Source of the DNA: Paramoeba atlantica | Lineage: Eukaryota; Protista; Discosea | DNA length: 64,000 nucleotides | Direction: 5' to 3' | NCBI GenBank assembly: GCA_977017575.1 | Contig: CDRNVI010000014.1 | Location: 186,001 to 250,000, forward strand | Shown: in pieces, positions 1-11,443 of the stretch | Layout: each line of letters opens with the position of its first letter | Position numbering within the stretch: the stretch's first letter is position 1 | Position numbers and translations under genes: made by a program | The notes under the pieces: model-generated | What the model saw: only the letters and a program-made list of their open reading frames with translations | The model's database searches: none | Told to the model about the DNA's origin: nothing

Positions 1-383
1 TCATGGAAAATTTCCTTGCAGTATGGAGGTGCCGGTGATGGTACGGATGCATGTAAAAGTTTGTAAGATCCTTCTCCATCTTCATGAAACAATAGCCCTG
101 TATCACGAGCATGTGACATAAGCACTAATGCTTCAAGAAGAATAGTCCCATCAATAGGAACTCCGTACATTTCCTTAATGATGTTGCAGTTGTCGCCGTC
201 TTGCAACACTTTAGAACGACTCTCCAGCCGTTCAATGCACTTGTCGAGCAAGTACTCCTCCATGCGATCCAAAATTTCTTGTGGGGGCAAGCGGTCAGCC
301 CCATACTTCCCATTCTTCTCTTGGGCTGACAACCATAAAGTAAGCTGTACGGCTTTCTTGCGGAAAGTACCTGCCAGCACCAT
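1..383 (-). CDS. Partial ORF of unknown function, runs off the window start; homologous to 58076..58420
   Basis: Hand translation from ATG at 383: MVLAGTFRKKAVQLTLWLSAQEKNGKYGADRLPPQEILDRMEEYLLDKCIERLESRSKVL...VPIDGTILLEALVLM..., no stop before position 1. Absent from the ORF track, probably because it has no stop inside the window. Confidence 0.45.
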   Translation of the reverse strand, partial: MVLAGTFRKKAVQLTLWLSAQEKNGKYGADRLPPQEILDRMEEYLLDKCIERLESRSKVLQDGDNCNIIKEMYGVPIDGTILLEALVLMSHARDTGLLFHEDGEGSYKLLHASVPSPAPPYCKEIFH

Positions 384-1345
384 TCAGTACGGAAGTACCT
401 GCCAGCACCATTAGAATGGCCATCCCACTAAAAAATCTGAAAACATGGAATGAGAACGGGGCTGTTCTATCTAACGAGGTATGGGGGAAACTCTGCGCGG
501 ATATAGATTCGTACATGGTATACGGGATCGCAAGCTGCATCGAAGCTTTTCTACGGTTTGGCTTTGATCTTATTGAGCAAAGTTCACCATACGTATCATA
601 CCAGTGGTAGTGTGATATGACCATACATTATTAAAATTTACGCGCGCTAAAATTATTTTAGCGAATATTTTAGTAAAATATTCATAGTAGTATTATTCGG
701 GATTTTCTGCGATTGCCGAACTTTTCTCTTAAGTAGGTGAAACTGAAGCAAATTTCGGTTCTTTTTCAATTTTTGTCCATCAAATTTTCTGATCGTAGAA
801 AATACTTCTCCACAGATGTATTTATGATAAATACATACACGAAAAAACAGAAAAACGAATAAAAAGGACGAATAAATAAACATAAAGAATTGGTAGAAGG
901 GGAATAGATTGCGCCAGGCGAACCGAGGCGAACAGACCCCGAACCTGAATAGTTTCACCCCTCTTAATTGCAGTGGTCGTATAGCTATCGCTCTACCCTC
1001 GATTACAGAAAAAAAAGGGAACGAAATTGGTAAAAATATAGAGAGGAACACAGTACTTCCCTGGCTAAAAATAAAGGAAAATAAAAATCCAGAAAAAGAA
1101 AATTGATTTTTTCATTATCATTTTCCTTTTTCATTTTCCCTTATTTTTGATCAGGGTAGAGAAAATATGAAGTAATGGCAAATAAATAATTTTTTAAAAA
1201 TCGTTTCCTCTATTGTATTTTAAGAGTTTGGGGCCTATACTAGATTTCTACGCCGTGTCCTATCATCTTCCAAAGGGGGAGATTCACTTCCCTGAAGTAT
1301 AAAGGGGGGTGACAGTAAATATTAAGAATTAATATCGCCTTTTGA

Positions 1346-2458
1346 GTGAGAGCAAGGATATGGAAAAGGCTCGAAGAATTTTGCCGCACAGAGGGATCCG
1401 GTCCAGATTCGGCCATGGCCGTAGCTTTCATTCACCGGATGCCACTGACCCCCTCGACAAGGTTGGGGCACGCAAGAAGCATGCAGACAATCTTGAACCT
1501 GGGGGGCACGGATTCCATTCCACTAAAGCTGTTTGCAAAAGCCCTGCAAGCTAAAGAGGCGCTCAAACCAATTCGACAAATGACTCCAATCACACCTTGG
1601 CAACTGCACAAACTAAGACTGCCGATCAAAAAAGGTGGCTTAGGCCTAACCGCTTGTCACGAGACACGTACTGCCGCGTACCACAACTCCAGATTTATGG
1701 TTTTCGAGCGCAAAAATTCTAGTTCTGCTCAAACCAGCTCATCTGGAAATGAAAATGCGACAAATATTCCATCCGATGAAGAAAGCACAACAGCCTCAAT
1801 GATGCATCAAAAAAAGTTCGAACTCCTTTTGAAGGATCCGGAGATAGGACCGATAATAGAGGCAACCTCATTCAAAGGGAATTCAGATTGGCTTACATCG
1901 AATGCGCGGTATGCACCTGCGTCCCATTACGAATTAACGATCATGGCAAGATTTGGAGCAGCGCATCCTAAGTTACTAAAGAATGTACAGCGCTCTGGGT
2001 GTCAGACTGTGTGTGATTCGAAAAGCATACTAACCCACATTTCAGGCTGATAGCAAACGATGCACGGGATTGAACGTAACTTCCAAGCACAATGCAATGG
2101 TTCGTCTTCTTTACGACTTACTGTATGTATTAAAGCAGGAATCCCCTGTGAGAAGGAACCGCGTTCGGTCAGTACTTGGGCATGCCTAACCTGCCGGAAC
2201 GTCATTGACTTTTCCAATCACCACTGTCATCATAAGGTCTGCGGGGGGAAAAATCTTCATCGATCAGGCCCCGATCTCGTTATCTACTGGAACACTGGGC
2301 CGATTTTCCATGACCTGACCATCATTCATGAAATGGCTGCAACGAACCGCACGCAAAAGTATCCGAATTTGTTACGAAACGCCATTCAACGTAAAATGGA
2401 GACCTACGTACAATCAGGCATGTTCCACACCGATGTATTTCATTGTCTTCAGTATTAG
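1346..2458 (+). mobile_element. Degenerate 3' part of a CRE/SLACS-like non-LTR retrotransposon (RT thumb + restriction-like endonuclease)
   Basis: ORF 1346..2050 has LRLPIKKGGLGL (LPxxxGGLG thumb motif); ORF 2060..2458 has GPDLVIY...DLTIIH (PD...D endonuclease-like motif). Broken by stop/frameshift; RT core absent. Confidence 0.6.
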
Positions 2459-2921
2459 TCGGAGGAGCACTACATGAAAACACAAGACAATTAATTCGAG
2501 CGCTAGCCGATCCCTCTCAGATGGATGGTCAAGTGGGATCGTCAATGCCCTTCAATGCGCTATTATTTTCCAAAACTCTCAGATTCGACAACATCGAATC
2601 TCGCTTTCTGTGATGACACCCAAAACTCATACAAATACCTGCATTCATTTCCATCACATTTATCTGTACTGGTACAAGTATCATCTACACGTATCTTTTT
2701 TCGGAGGTGTTACCTTTCGTATCCCTTACCTAGAATCCTTGAGTCGTAACCCCACGTTACTTTTAAACGACAGTAATACAAACAAAGGCACTATTTTACG
2801 TAATTCTATCAACATGCATGTCCTTTTACCCCAAAAACTACACCGCCCAATTGCGACGACTTTCACACTCCTTAATTCGTGCTCCCGTCTCCCCAACCCG
2901 CATCCCCTTCCCACCCCACCC

Positions 2922-5900
2922 CTACCCCGCCATCCCCACCGGCAGGTTATACACCTCAATCAGAAACCTCCCCACCGCCCTCCCCCACGCTTTCTGCTCC
3001 ACCCCCCCTTCCCGAATCTGCGTCTCCACAAACTCCCGCAGCGTGCCCCCCGTAGCCCCCGCGGCCACCCCCCACACCCCCACCAGGAACCCCTTTATCC
3101 CGGACAGTGTGGCCTCCTCATTCCCGCACCTCCCCAGGAACCGTAGGGTCTCGAGGAAGAGCTTCGGCTCCACCAGCACCGGCCCCGGGTCGTGTCGCGC
3201 GAGTTGGACCAACCCGAGGAAGGCGTCACGCTGGGCCTCGGTGGTGTCCAGCGTGGTGGTCGCTGTGTGGGGAGTGCGACTACGAGTACGGCTACGGATC
3301 GCGCGGCAGCACACGGGGAAGAGTGTGGGGAAGGCGTTGAGGAGGGGGGGGGGAGGGGGGGAGGTTCCCGAGACGGGCCCAGGCGAGGGCGGCGCTGTCA
3401 CGGAGGGCCCGGGGGTGGGAGGGGTGGGAGAGGGTGTGCTGGAGAGAGAGGGCGAGGGGGGAGAGGGGGGAGAGGGAGGGGGGAGGGGTCGTGGGGTTGT
3501 TGTGGTTGTTGTTGTGGGTGGTGGTGGTGGTGGTGGTGGTCGGGAGAGGAGAAGGATTCGAAGTTGTGTGGGCGAATTGGGCGAAAGAAACCGCAAGGTG
3601 GGTAGCGGAGCGGTAAGCGGTCTCGGAGAGGGGGAGGGTGGGGTGGGTGGTGGGTGGGTTGTTGGGCTCGGAGGGGGGTGGGAGAAGGAGGTTTTTGCAT
3701 AAGGCTTCGTAGACAAGCTCTCGGTTGGTGAAACCCTCTGGGGGGTGGGAAAAGAGGTTGGGGAAGGTGTGTAACAAGGCCTCGAAGGAATCAAGGCCTT
3801 GTGCTCGAAGGGGACCGCTTAAGGGATCGCACGCACAGAGGTGGAGAAGTCGTAGCAACGTACTGCTGTGGGTGGTATTTTCAAGGACAATGGCGGATAC
3901 GACCTGGGGCAGCACTGTGGTGAGCGCATCAAGCATTTTCCCCATGCTAATTAAAATGTACTCCTCTTCGGGTTCTTCCTTAGCTACAATCGATTGCTGT
4001 CTTACGTGGAGGTTATGGGAAAACAGAGGCAAGAGCCTGCTAAGGACAGACTTTCCAAAGCTGACTAGGGAAGGAGCTATTTCCTCGCTTGCGCTAGAAG
4101 GTTGGTACCACCGGAAAAGGACAGCCAAGGTAGCAAGGAGGTCCCCAAGAAGAGGAGAAGTGTCTTGAATAGCAGCAAATTGGTGATAAAGAAGGGCGCA
4201 CAGGTCTTTGTACACGGTGATTGGGCACAATTCTAGCACGGTACAACGACTACACAGACTTCCAATTAGCTGTAGTAGAATTACCTGGTTCTTGTTTTGG
4301 TACAATGTAAAGAGTCGGGGCAATATAGGAAGCAAATTTGTTATTAGATTCTGCTCCAAAGAATCAGCGGAGACCTCTTCGAGTAGGATTTGAAGCGTTG
4401 CAAGCGCAGACTCTTGAACTGTTTTGCTCTCCGCCAGGAGGCATGGGAAGAGAACGGAGAGAAGCACCGAGAGCGAATCCATCCCAACTGTGCGCCATAG
4501 ATCGGCGTGCTCTGGTTGCGTAAAATAAGACGCGTATTGTCCTATGGTCCAGAAGCATGTACTGCGTAGTAGTGGGTGCGTGACAGAGGTGTCAGCCACA
4601 GTCGAAATTACGGACTGGAGCAATGTCGGAAGCTGAGACTCCAGCATACTGGCCAGCCCTTCTGCGACAGCCCCAAGGGCCAACACTGCTCCTTCCCGCA
4701 GTCTCCACCCTGCGTGTTCAGCAGGAATGCATTCAAGGGGAGTGCTCAACAGAGTTGACAGACAAGGAAGGAGCACAGGGAGTAATTCTTCTCCATACAT
4801 CGAGGCACATTCCTCCAAAGCGAGTGCGGCGCACTGACGCAAATTCCAGTCAGGGACGTTGTCACTATCATCGTCGTCCTCAGATTCGTCTTCTCCCAAG
4901 TGTTCTTCCTCCTTGATACTTCGTCCCTGAGCGTTAGCCCCAGACGTCTTCTTACCACCTTTGTGTGTTTCAGCATCCGGAACCTGAGTGTGGTCTTTTG
5001 TACTCATGCGCATCGAGACGTCCTCTGTTGAATAGACCATGCACAGCAGAAGCACGGGAACGATTTCCGGAAGCTTTGAATGTAAAAGCTCCGTTCCTAA
5101 ATGACACGCAAGTAGGGCATTCCATAGCTCACAGGCCTCCAGTGCAATGCCCTCGGAAGTACTGTACGATGGCGCAGAGGTAATACTTGTTGAGGTAACC
5201 TGCGACGTTGGCAAAATTTGACAAAAATATGGTATGAATTGAGCCAAGTGCTTTCGCAGCTGTAGAAGAACGAACTCCATTAAAGCAGGCAAGGAGGATA
5301 GAAACTGGGCACCGGGATACCGCACAAGTAGCACAAAAATCGTACAGGCAGACTTGGTAAAGTCAGTCCAAGGAATAGTCTTTTCGGGTGAAGTGATGTC
5401 TGACACAGAGAGAAGCTGTATAAGTGACTGAAAGATTTGGTCGCTGTACAGTCTCAATCTATCCCGAATTATCTGGGTTTCAGTAGAGAGACCTTGGACG
5501 CTTCTTTCCGCTGCGTCTTGAGCACAACTAAGAAGAGCGACTAAAGAATGTAAAGCAATTAAGGTTTCATCCGTTCGGTTCTGTACCAAAATACACAACA
5601 AAGAGACTGCTTCATCTGCTTTTGAATGAAGTATCACGGCATAACCGAAATCTTCGCAGAGTTTTTGTAGCATAAGTACGTAGCCTGTCTTCAGGTCCAC
5701 ATTCTGCGATAAAAGCGCGTCAAGGATCTGATTCAGTACTTCTGAAAACATGATCCCGGTTGTCGCAGGCCCTTGCTGCATACTATGTTCATTGTCGAGT
5801 AAAGTCGAAAGGATGGAGCTCGTACATTTTTGAATACCCAACGAATTGCTGTTGAGTTGCTCGAGTATAACAGGAAGAAGTGTTCGACTATTAGATAATT

Positions 5901-6171
5901 TTTTTCTTTTTCGTAGCAGGACTTTTATTGCGTACCCAGCATAGAGCTGTGTTTGTTCATAATTCCCGCTAGTTATGGATCTCTCAAGTTCCGCTACGGC
6001 CTCTGGTTCAGTCGCTCGAAATAGGGATACTAGTGTGTCCAATACGTCGCAAGCTGGATCCTGATAAAGCTTTTCCAGTCGTGCAATACTTTCTAGATGC
6101 TGCGCGGAGGCTGCGCTCGCCTGATGGAGGAGTTTAATTAGCTCCTGCAACCTAGATCTCGATTCCTGCAT
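2922..6171 (-). CDS. TNPO1: Transportin-1 / karyopherin-beta2 (importin-beta family), with an apparent frameshift at about 3342-3362
   Basis: HEAT-repeat protein with acidic loop (EDESEDDDDSD) followed by DWNLRQCAALAL, WRLREGAVLALGAVAEG, LLRSTCFWTIGQY. ORF 3292..6171 reaches RDSAALAWARLG; the expected C-terminus (DTTEAQRDAFLGLVQLARHDP...) continues in ORF 2922..3794 across a C-homopolymer tract. Confidence 0.9.
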
Positions 6172-6413
6172 GTGTTAACTAAATATGCATGTATAGTAAG
6201 TACTAGTATTCTTATAAAACTTTACATGTTAATTCTTCTTCTATAAAGTTTATAGTAATATATACAATATGTGTATAAACTTATGCATTACATGTACATG
6301 TAAAAATAATCTAAAATATATTTAAGTTAGTATGTATATTATAAATAGTAATTATATTTTAAACCGCCGTCCGGGTTATACCTAGGGACACCTATTGTAC
6401 CTCCTAAGTATAA

Positions 6414-6532
6414 TTTTCTTTTTTAGGCTCTTCGTTAAACGCGGTAGTTGTTTTCAACTTAGAAGTCACGCATGCTGCGCCCTTCGCGTTGAAAACTACC
6501 ACCGCGTTTAACGAAGAGCCTAAAAAAGAAAA
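6414..6532. repeat. About 120-bp hairpin MITE with about 45-bp near-perfect arms
   Basis: TTTTCTTTTTTAGGCTCTTCGTTAAACGCGGTAGTTGTTTTCAAC versus GTTGAAAACTACCACCGCGTTTAACGAAGAGCCTAAAAAAGAAAA; a diverged relative lies near 11895..11970. Confidence 0.75.
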
Positions 6533-7086
6533 AATGGAAAGCTAAAGAAAACACAAAGATTATAGCCAAAATTAGCCGATTTTCAGGTAAAAATGGGGTG
6601 ATTTTTGCCTACATTTGCTCTCAGAGCAGTAAATCCGATATTTGCCTGTGAGAAATCACTCGTAGGCGTGAATAAAAGCCTACTGAACGTATTGGGTAGA
6701 GAATGCGACTCCAACCACACCATTCTTTTGACATAAAAAGACCCCTTTAGGTCCGAAAATTACTTTTTCGCACTTTTTGGTCAAAAATGGGCCATTTTGG
6801 GAGGCGTGCCACGGCTAGAAGGGGTATCTGGCGAAAACGACGGTGTAGAAGGTTAGTATAGGTCCCAAACTCTCAAAATACAATAGGGAAAAAATGTTGA
6901 AAAAATATCTTTTTTACCATTTTTTTCGCCAATTTGAAATTTTTTTTTCCGAAAAAATCCGAACTTGGCGGACCCGTCCTGCGGATACGCGGGGGAGTCA
7001 CCCCCGGGTAGGGGGGTGGAAAATACGCGCCAAGACCCCGGCTACCGCTTCTGCGGGTTTTTTTTCGAAAAAAAACAGAAGGGTCT

Positions 7087-7195
7087 GAGAAAACAGGAAG
7101 GGTCTGAAATTTGTATAACTTGGCCCATTTTGGAAACAGGATTTGAGAAAACAGGAAGGGTCTGAAATTTGTATAACTTGGCCCATTTTGGAAAG
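7087..7195. repeat. Tandem duplication, 58-bp period
   Basis: GAGAAAACAGGAAGGGTCTGAAATTTGTATAACTTGGCCCATTTTGGAAA at 7087 and 7145. Confidence 0.9.
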
Positions 7196-7800
7196 TTATA
7201 GCGCATTCAAGAGCTCTCGAACAGGGCTCATGAACGTGCAGGCACGGAATCTGCGTTATTTGGATTTTCGAATGCACATAGAACACTTTGTTTTTTGGTA
7301 GACAAAATCTTGTATTTTTCACAATTTTTCTGATTTCCCCCTGATTTATGCCACAAAGACGGGATTACGGACGATCGCCCTAACATAAACACTCCGAAAG
7401 GTTTACTTCTTCGCCTGGACACGTAAAAACATGCTGGTGCATGCTCTTTGCTGTCGACTACGAAGCAACACAATCTTTTCCCTCACTGCGCGTAAATTTC
7501 AATGTTGCGTGAATTTCAATTTTAATGAGGAGAACTTACCAAGAAATCAGATTGATATTGTCAAGAGTTTTGACCAGTTGGGGTATAATAACCACGAAAA
7601 TACATGTATTCGTAGCATTTCCTATTCTTTTATCCCTGAAGCCCCAGAAAATAAACTTACCCCCCCACTCGCACGCGTTTCCCCAGGCGTCCCCAGGCGC
7701 AAGAGGGAAAGTTGCCAATGGATCATAACATGTTGTGGGCAATATGAAAAAAACGCGCCGCGCAGTGCGATTTTTTTTTTACCCTTTTTGCAAAGCAAAG

Positions 7801-7910
7801 TTATTATACCTAGGGATACTTATTATACCTAGGGATACTTATTATACCTAGGGACACTTATTATACCTAGGGACACTTATTATACCTAGGGACACTTATT
7901 ATACCTCCTA
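7801..7910. repeat. 19-bp subterminal tandem array (5 copies plus a partial) of the 6362..7937 element
   Basis: Unit TTATTATACCTAGGGA(T/C)AC, no spacers. Confidence 0.9.
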
Positions 7911-8590
7911 GGTAGTCTAATAACCCGGACGGTGGTTTATTACATTCCGTCTCCATGATATGCTAGTAGCAGTAGTAAGAGCTCCTTGTCCTCACCCCTT
8001 GTCACCGTGCCGTACCATCAACCCTTGATATCACTCCTGTCAGCACCCTCGTTAGTACTGGTTCATGAACCATTTCATGAAAACAGTGGCTCATGAAATG
8101 GTTCATGAAGTGGTTCATTGGTTCATGAACCACCAAGGTATGAGTTATGGGCCGTCCATCCTTACCCTTGTCAATTTCCTATCAAAAACGAAGAAGAAAG
8201 GTAACTTTCCGGTCTATGGAATCCTTTAATCCTGCTTAAAGCCCGGGACTCACATGTACGTGGGAAATGGTGATGGAAGGATGTGCCTATGAACCGTTGC
8301 AATCTTCACTTTATTGAGGGAGATACTACTCCCTCGCTACCGTAGGTTAATTCGTCGTGCCCGATTTGTGGCCCGATTTCGTGTCAGGTGAGTTTTCCAA
8401 AAAAATAGTCACAAAGACGTAAGAATTCAGATTGGTCCCCCCTGCCCCTACCGTCGGTCTTCGAACATTACTCTCAAGTTTATTGCCGGGGCTCTACAAA
8501 ATCCTTAACGGACATCACCCCTATTCTTGAGAAGGCTGCGAGTCTCTGGGGAAATGGTGACACGGAAAAGGGGTATATCACATAAAGAAG

Positions 8591-9455
8591 GTGATAGGGG
8601 CTCTTCAGGAAGGCGAATTTACCACATCATGTGTCGCAGATAATGTTATTCTCGCTCTACGTGACGAATGGGCAGCGCTAGAAGGCATCCCGCCAAAAAA
8701 CAGCTCCAAGGACCAAGCGGAAGAGCCCGCCCCTTCAGCTCAAAATGGCGTTCTTCGGGGGATAAAAGATGTGCATGAAGCATTCCGGCTGCTAATTGGA
8801 TCACCCAGTGACCCTCGCTGTGGCGCTCTTCTACGTCACTGTCTGTCCATCAAAGGACCGTCCACGGAACCGTGGCTTACAAGTAGTGTCTTTGTCTTTG
8901 TGCGAAGCCTAGTGGGGACAGATCCCGACAAGGCGATGTGCGCACAGACGATGGCCGATTTGACGCCCGAGGAAACTATACCCATGAGTCACGTGGAACA
9001 GATACGCCTAACGTATTGGTCCCTGCTTTGCAAACTAGGCGCAGCACTGTATTCAAAAAGACTCGCTACCCAGGGGACAAGAGTGGACCATGGGTCTATT
9101 GAAGAGATGTTGTTGCGTCGGCCGACAAGTCACGTCGGCCGACAAGTGTATCGTGTCGATGTTGTCTCAGCATATGAAAGCGGTACTTCAGCTTGATCAA
9201 AGTTCAAATGGAAGTGGGTTGCGTGACACTCGCGATTTCTTAGATTCAGCTGCCAAATTTCAAAAGCGAGCGTTTTCTAAACCCTGGTATCATCCTAGCG
9301 CCCCACCGGGTCACTGTCGACACTGTGGACTACGTGGACACACCGCCCGCGACTGCAGCCGGCCATCCTTAAGAGTACGGCTAGATAAGAGTATGTCAAT
9401 CGCTTTCGGGCACCAAAGTGAACTCTTGACGCATTTGAAACCGCGTCACAAGTAA
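8591..9455 (+). pseudogene. gag-like retroelement fragment with a CCHC zinc knuckle
   Basis: Overlapping ORFs 8591..9196 and 9090..9455; the latter has CRHCGLRGHTARDC (Cx2Cx4Hx4C). No pol gene follows. Confidence 0.5.
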
Positions 9456-9570
9456 AAATAATTGTCAAGGATGATCATAAATTATACGGGGCTAGCGATA
9501 TAATATCGTGGGATACGCCTCTACTTCGTTGACGGGTCAAGCAATTGGATGCCACTTCGTTGACAATGCA

Positions 9571-10157
9571 CCCGACTGTCAACGAAGTGGCTGTCATTTG
9601 GTTGACCCGTCAACGAGTGTGAATTTTCTGCTCAGGAAACGCAACCATGAAAAATTTTCGATGAGAGTCATCGAAGCGTTTTTGACCGATTATATGAGAG
9701 ATTTTCAGAAATTTAATTTTCACCCAACCCTAACAGCTCCCCAATTCCGCGTTTCCAAAACAGATCCTAGGGGTCCTTGTTGTTGTTGGGCTCCTCAATC
9801 GTCGCTACGGTACAAAGGCAGAAGGATCCGCCTTCTGCTTTTTCCCTTACTCCTCCTCCTCGCTCTATGGTTTTGCAGATCACGAACGTCGCAGATCCCA
9901 GGTTCCCCAGCGAGCCCTTATCTTTCCCTCCTCCCAGTTCCGTAGTTTCAAAGCAGATCCCAGGGCTCCTTACAGATTCCCATGCGAGGAAGTCGTCGTC
10001 TCTAGGGCAAAAAGGCAGAAAGCTCCGCCTTCTTTTTTTTCCTTGCTCCTCCTCCCTCTAAGGTCTCGCAGATCACGAATGTAACAGGTCTTAGCGTTGA
10101 TCAAATCACACTCGTTGACGGGTCAACCAAATGGCGGCCACTTCGTTGACAGTCGGA
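9571..10157. mobile_element. MITE with about 50-bp TIRs and an internal diverged about 170-bp tandem duplication
   Basis: CCGACTGTCAACGAAGTGGCTGTCATTTGGTTGACCCGTCAACGAGTGTGA at 9572 versus its reverse complement ending 10156 (2 mismatches); an extra TIR-like end at about 9520..9565. Confidence 0.75.
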
Positions 10158-10192
10158 TACACTGTCTTAATAAGAGGGGTATTACAAACGTT

Positions 10193-10861
10193 CTACATAA
10201 CGATGAGCTTTGTTTCGTCTCTGTAGAAGTAAGGTGCCAGCGATTGAGGAATATTTTCAAGAGGCAGCTCGCCTGTTAACCTTTTATTGTATTCTAGATG
10301 AAGTTCTTCCATTGTCTTGTGGAGGAGTCCGAAATGCACTGTCTCAAAATCATTGTAATTCAAATATAGAATCCGCAAGTTAGAAGAAAGCTCTCTTAAA
10401 TCAATCAGACCTGTAAATTCATTATGTGAGACAGAAAAGTGGGCCAATGCTGGTGGAAGTGCAATAAAATCTATCGTGCCATAGAAGCAGTTCCCTCCAA
10501 TATCAAAATGCAATAGTTTACGAGGCAGAACACTTACGGATAATGTGTCCGCTATCCGATTTTCATAGATTGCAAACACGAAAAGTGTCTGAGGCATTTC
10601 CTTCCATATAAACGTACCGCTTAAGTTTCGTCCCGTCCAGTGAATTCTACGAACGACTTGGTCAGTGCAGCCCACGCCTTGCCACTGACAGGCCGCCGTG
10701 CCGGTCGTCCAGGATTGGGGCCATCCAGATTTTACCCACACTCCTTCAACAAATCGAGCTAGTGAATATTCCACTGGAAGTAGAGCCCGGCCTACTTTGT
10801 TCCCGCGGTACGTTGTGGAGTCCTTAAAGGACAGCGGAGAAACGAATACTGAAAATTGCAT
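10193..10861 (-). CDS. Leucine-rich repeat protein (family copy 1)
   Basis: N-cap W...ACQWQGVGC followed by 22-aa repeats LDF..LP..L..F.V..N.F.G. Confidence 0.85.
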   Translation of the reverse strand: MQFSVFVSPLSFKDSTTYRGNKVGRALLPVEYSLARFVEGVWVKSGWPQSWTTGTAACQWQGVGCTDQVVRRIHWTGRNLSGTFIWKEMPQTLFVFAIYENRIADTLSVSVLPRKLLHFDIGGNCFYGTIDFIALPPALAHFSVSHNEFTGLIDLRELSSNLRILYLNYNDFETVHFGLLHKTMEELHLEYNKRLTGELPLENIPQSLAPYFYRDETKLIVM

Positions 10862-10991
10862 CGAAAAAAGTGTACTGCATACAATGAATATAATTTCTTT
10901 TATACAATGTCCTTTTAGAGGAGGATTTTTAGAAGACGATTTCTTCTTTGCCTCCCACCGATTCTTTAAGAAAGATCAATTTGAAGAACTA

Positions 10992-11443
10992 GCCCCCCTC
11001 TGATAAATTTTGATAATGATAAACGATAAATCAAATTGATTTATTATTATTATCATTTATCAAATTAAATAAAAACCGAAAACAGCTTTTGTACAAAAAT
11101 GCACGATTTTTAGGCGAAAAAGGAAACCTTTTCGATTTGGGGCATTTTGGGATTGGAATTAATTTTCGAATTAATGTCGCTTTGGGGCATTTTTGGTTAT
11201 CGATTTGGGACATTTTTGGTGTTCGAACTAAAAACTTTGTGTCTTCGCTGTTCTAGAGAACGAATCTATGAACGTTCTATATTGCAACGAGGGGAAAACT
11301 TGATTTATCATTTATCATTATGATTAATGATTTATACTTTATATTAATGATTAATGATTTATCAAAAATAGAATTTTTTGATAAATCATTAATTTTGATA
11401 AAGTCAAAGGAAGTCCATTTATCAAAATTAATCAGAGGGGGAG
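10992..11443. mobile_element. AT-rich Tc1/mariner-type MITE (Stowaway-like ends)
   Basis: TA-GCCCCCCTCTGATAAATTTTGATAA ... TTATCAAAATTAATCAGAGGGGGAG-TA; same family as 19304..19540 and 21502..21831. Confidence 0.65.

Larger units (their letters stand above)
6362..7937. mobile_element. Non-autonomous TIR DNA element (about 1.6 kb), TA-flanked
   Basis: Left AACCGCCGTCCGGGTTA and right TAACCCGGACGGTGGTT are inverted repeats (1 mismatch); TA on both sides; subterminal TATACCTAGGGACAC motif at both ends; no coding capacity. Confidence 0.75.

Noticed and set aside
2610-3702. Pro-rich and Gly-rich ORFs overlapping the transportin 3' end
   Set aside because: By-products of the C-rich and G-rich tracts; only the C-terminal half of 2922..3794 carries transportin homology.
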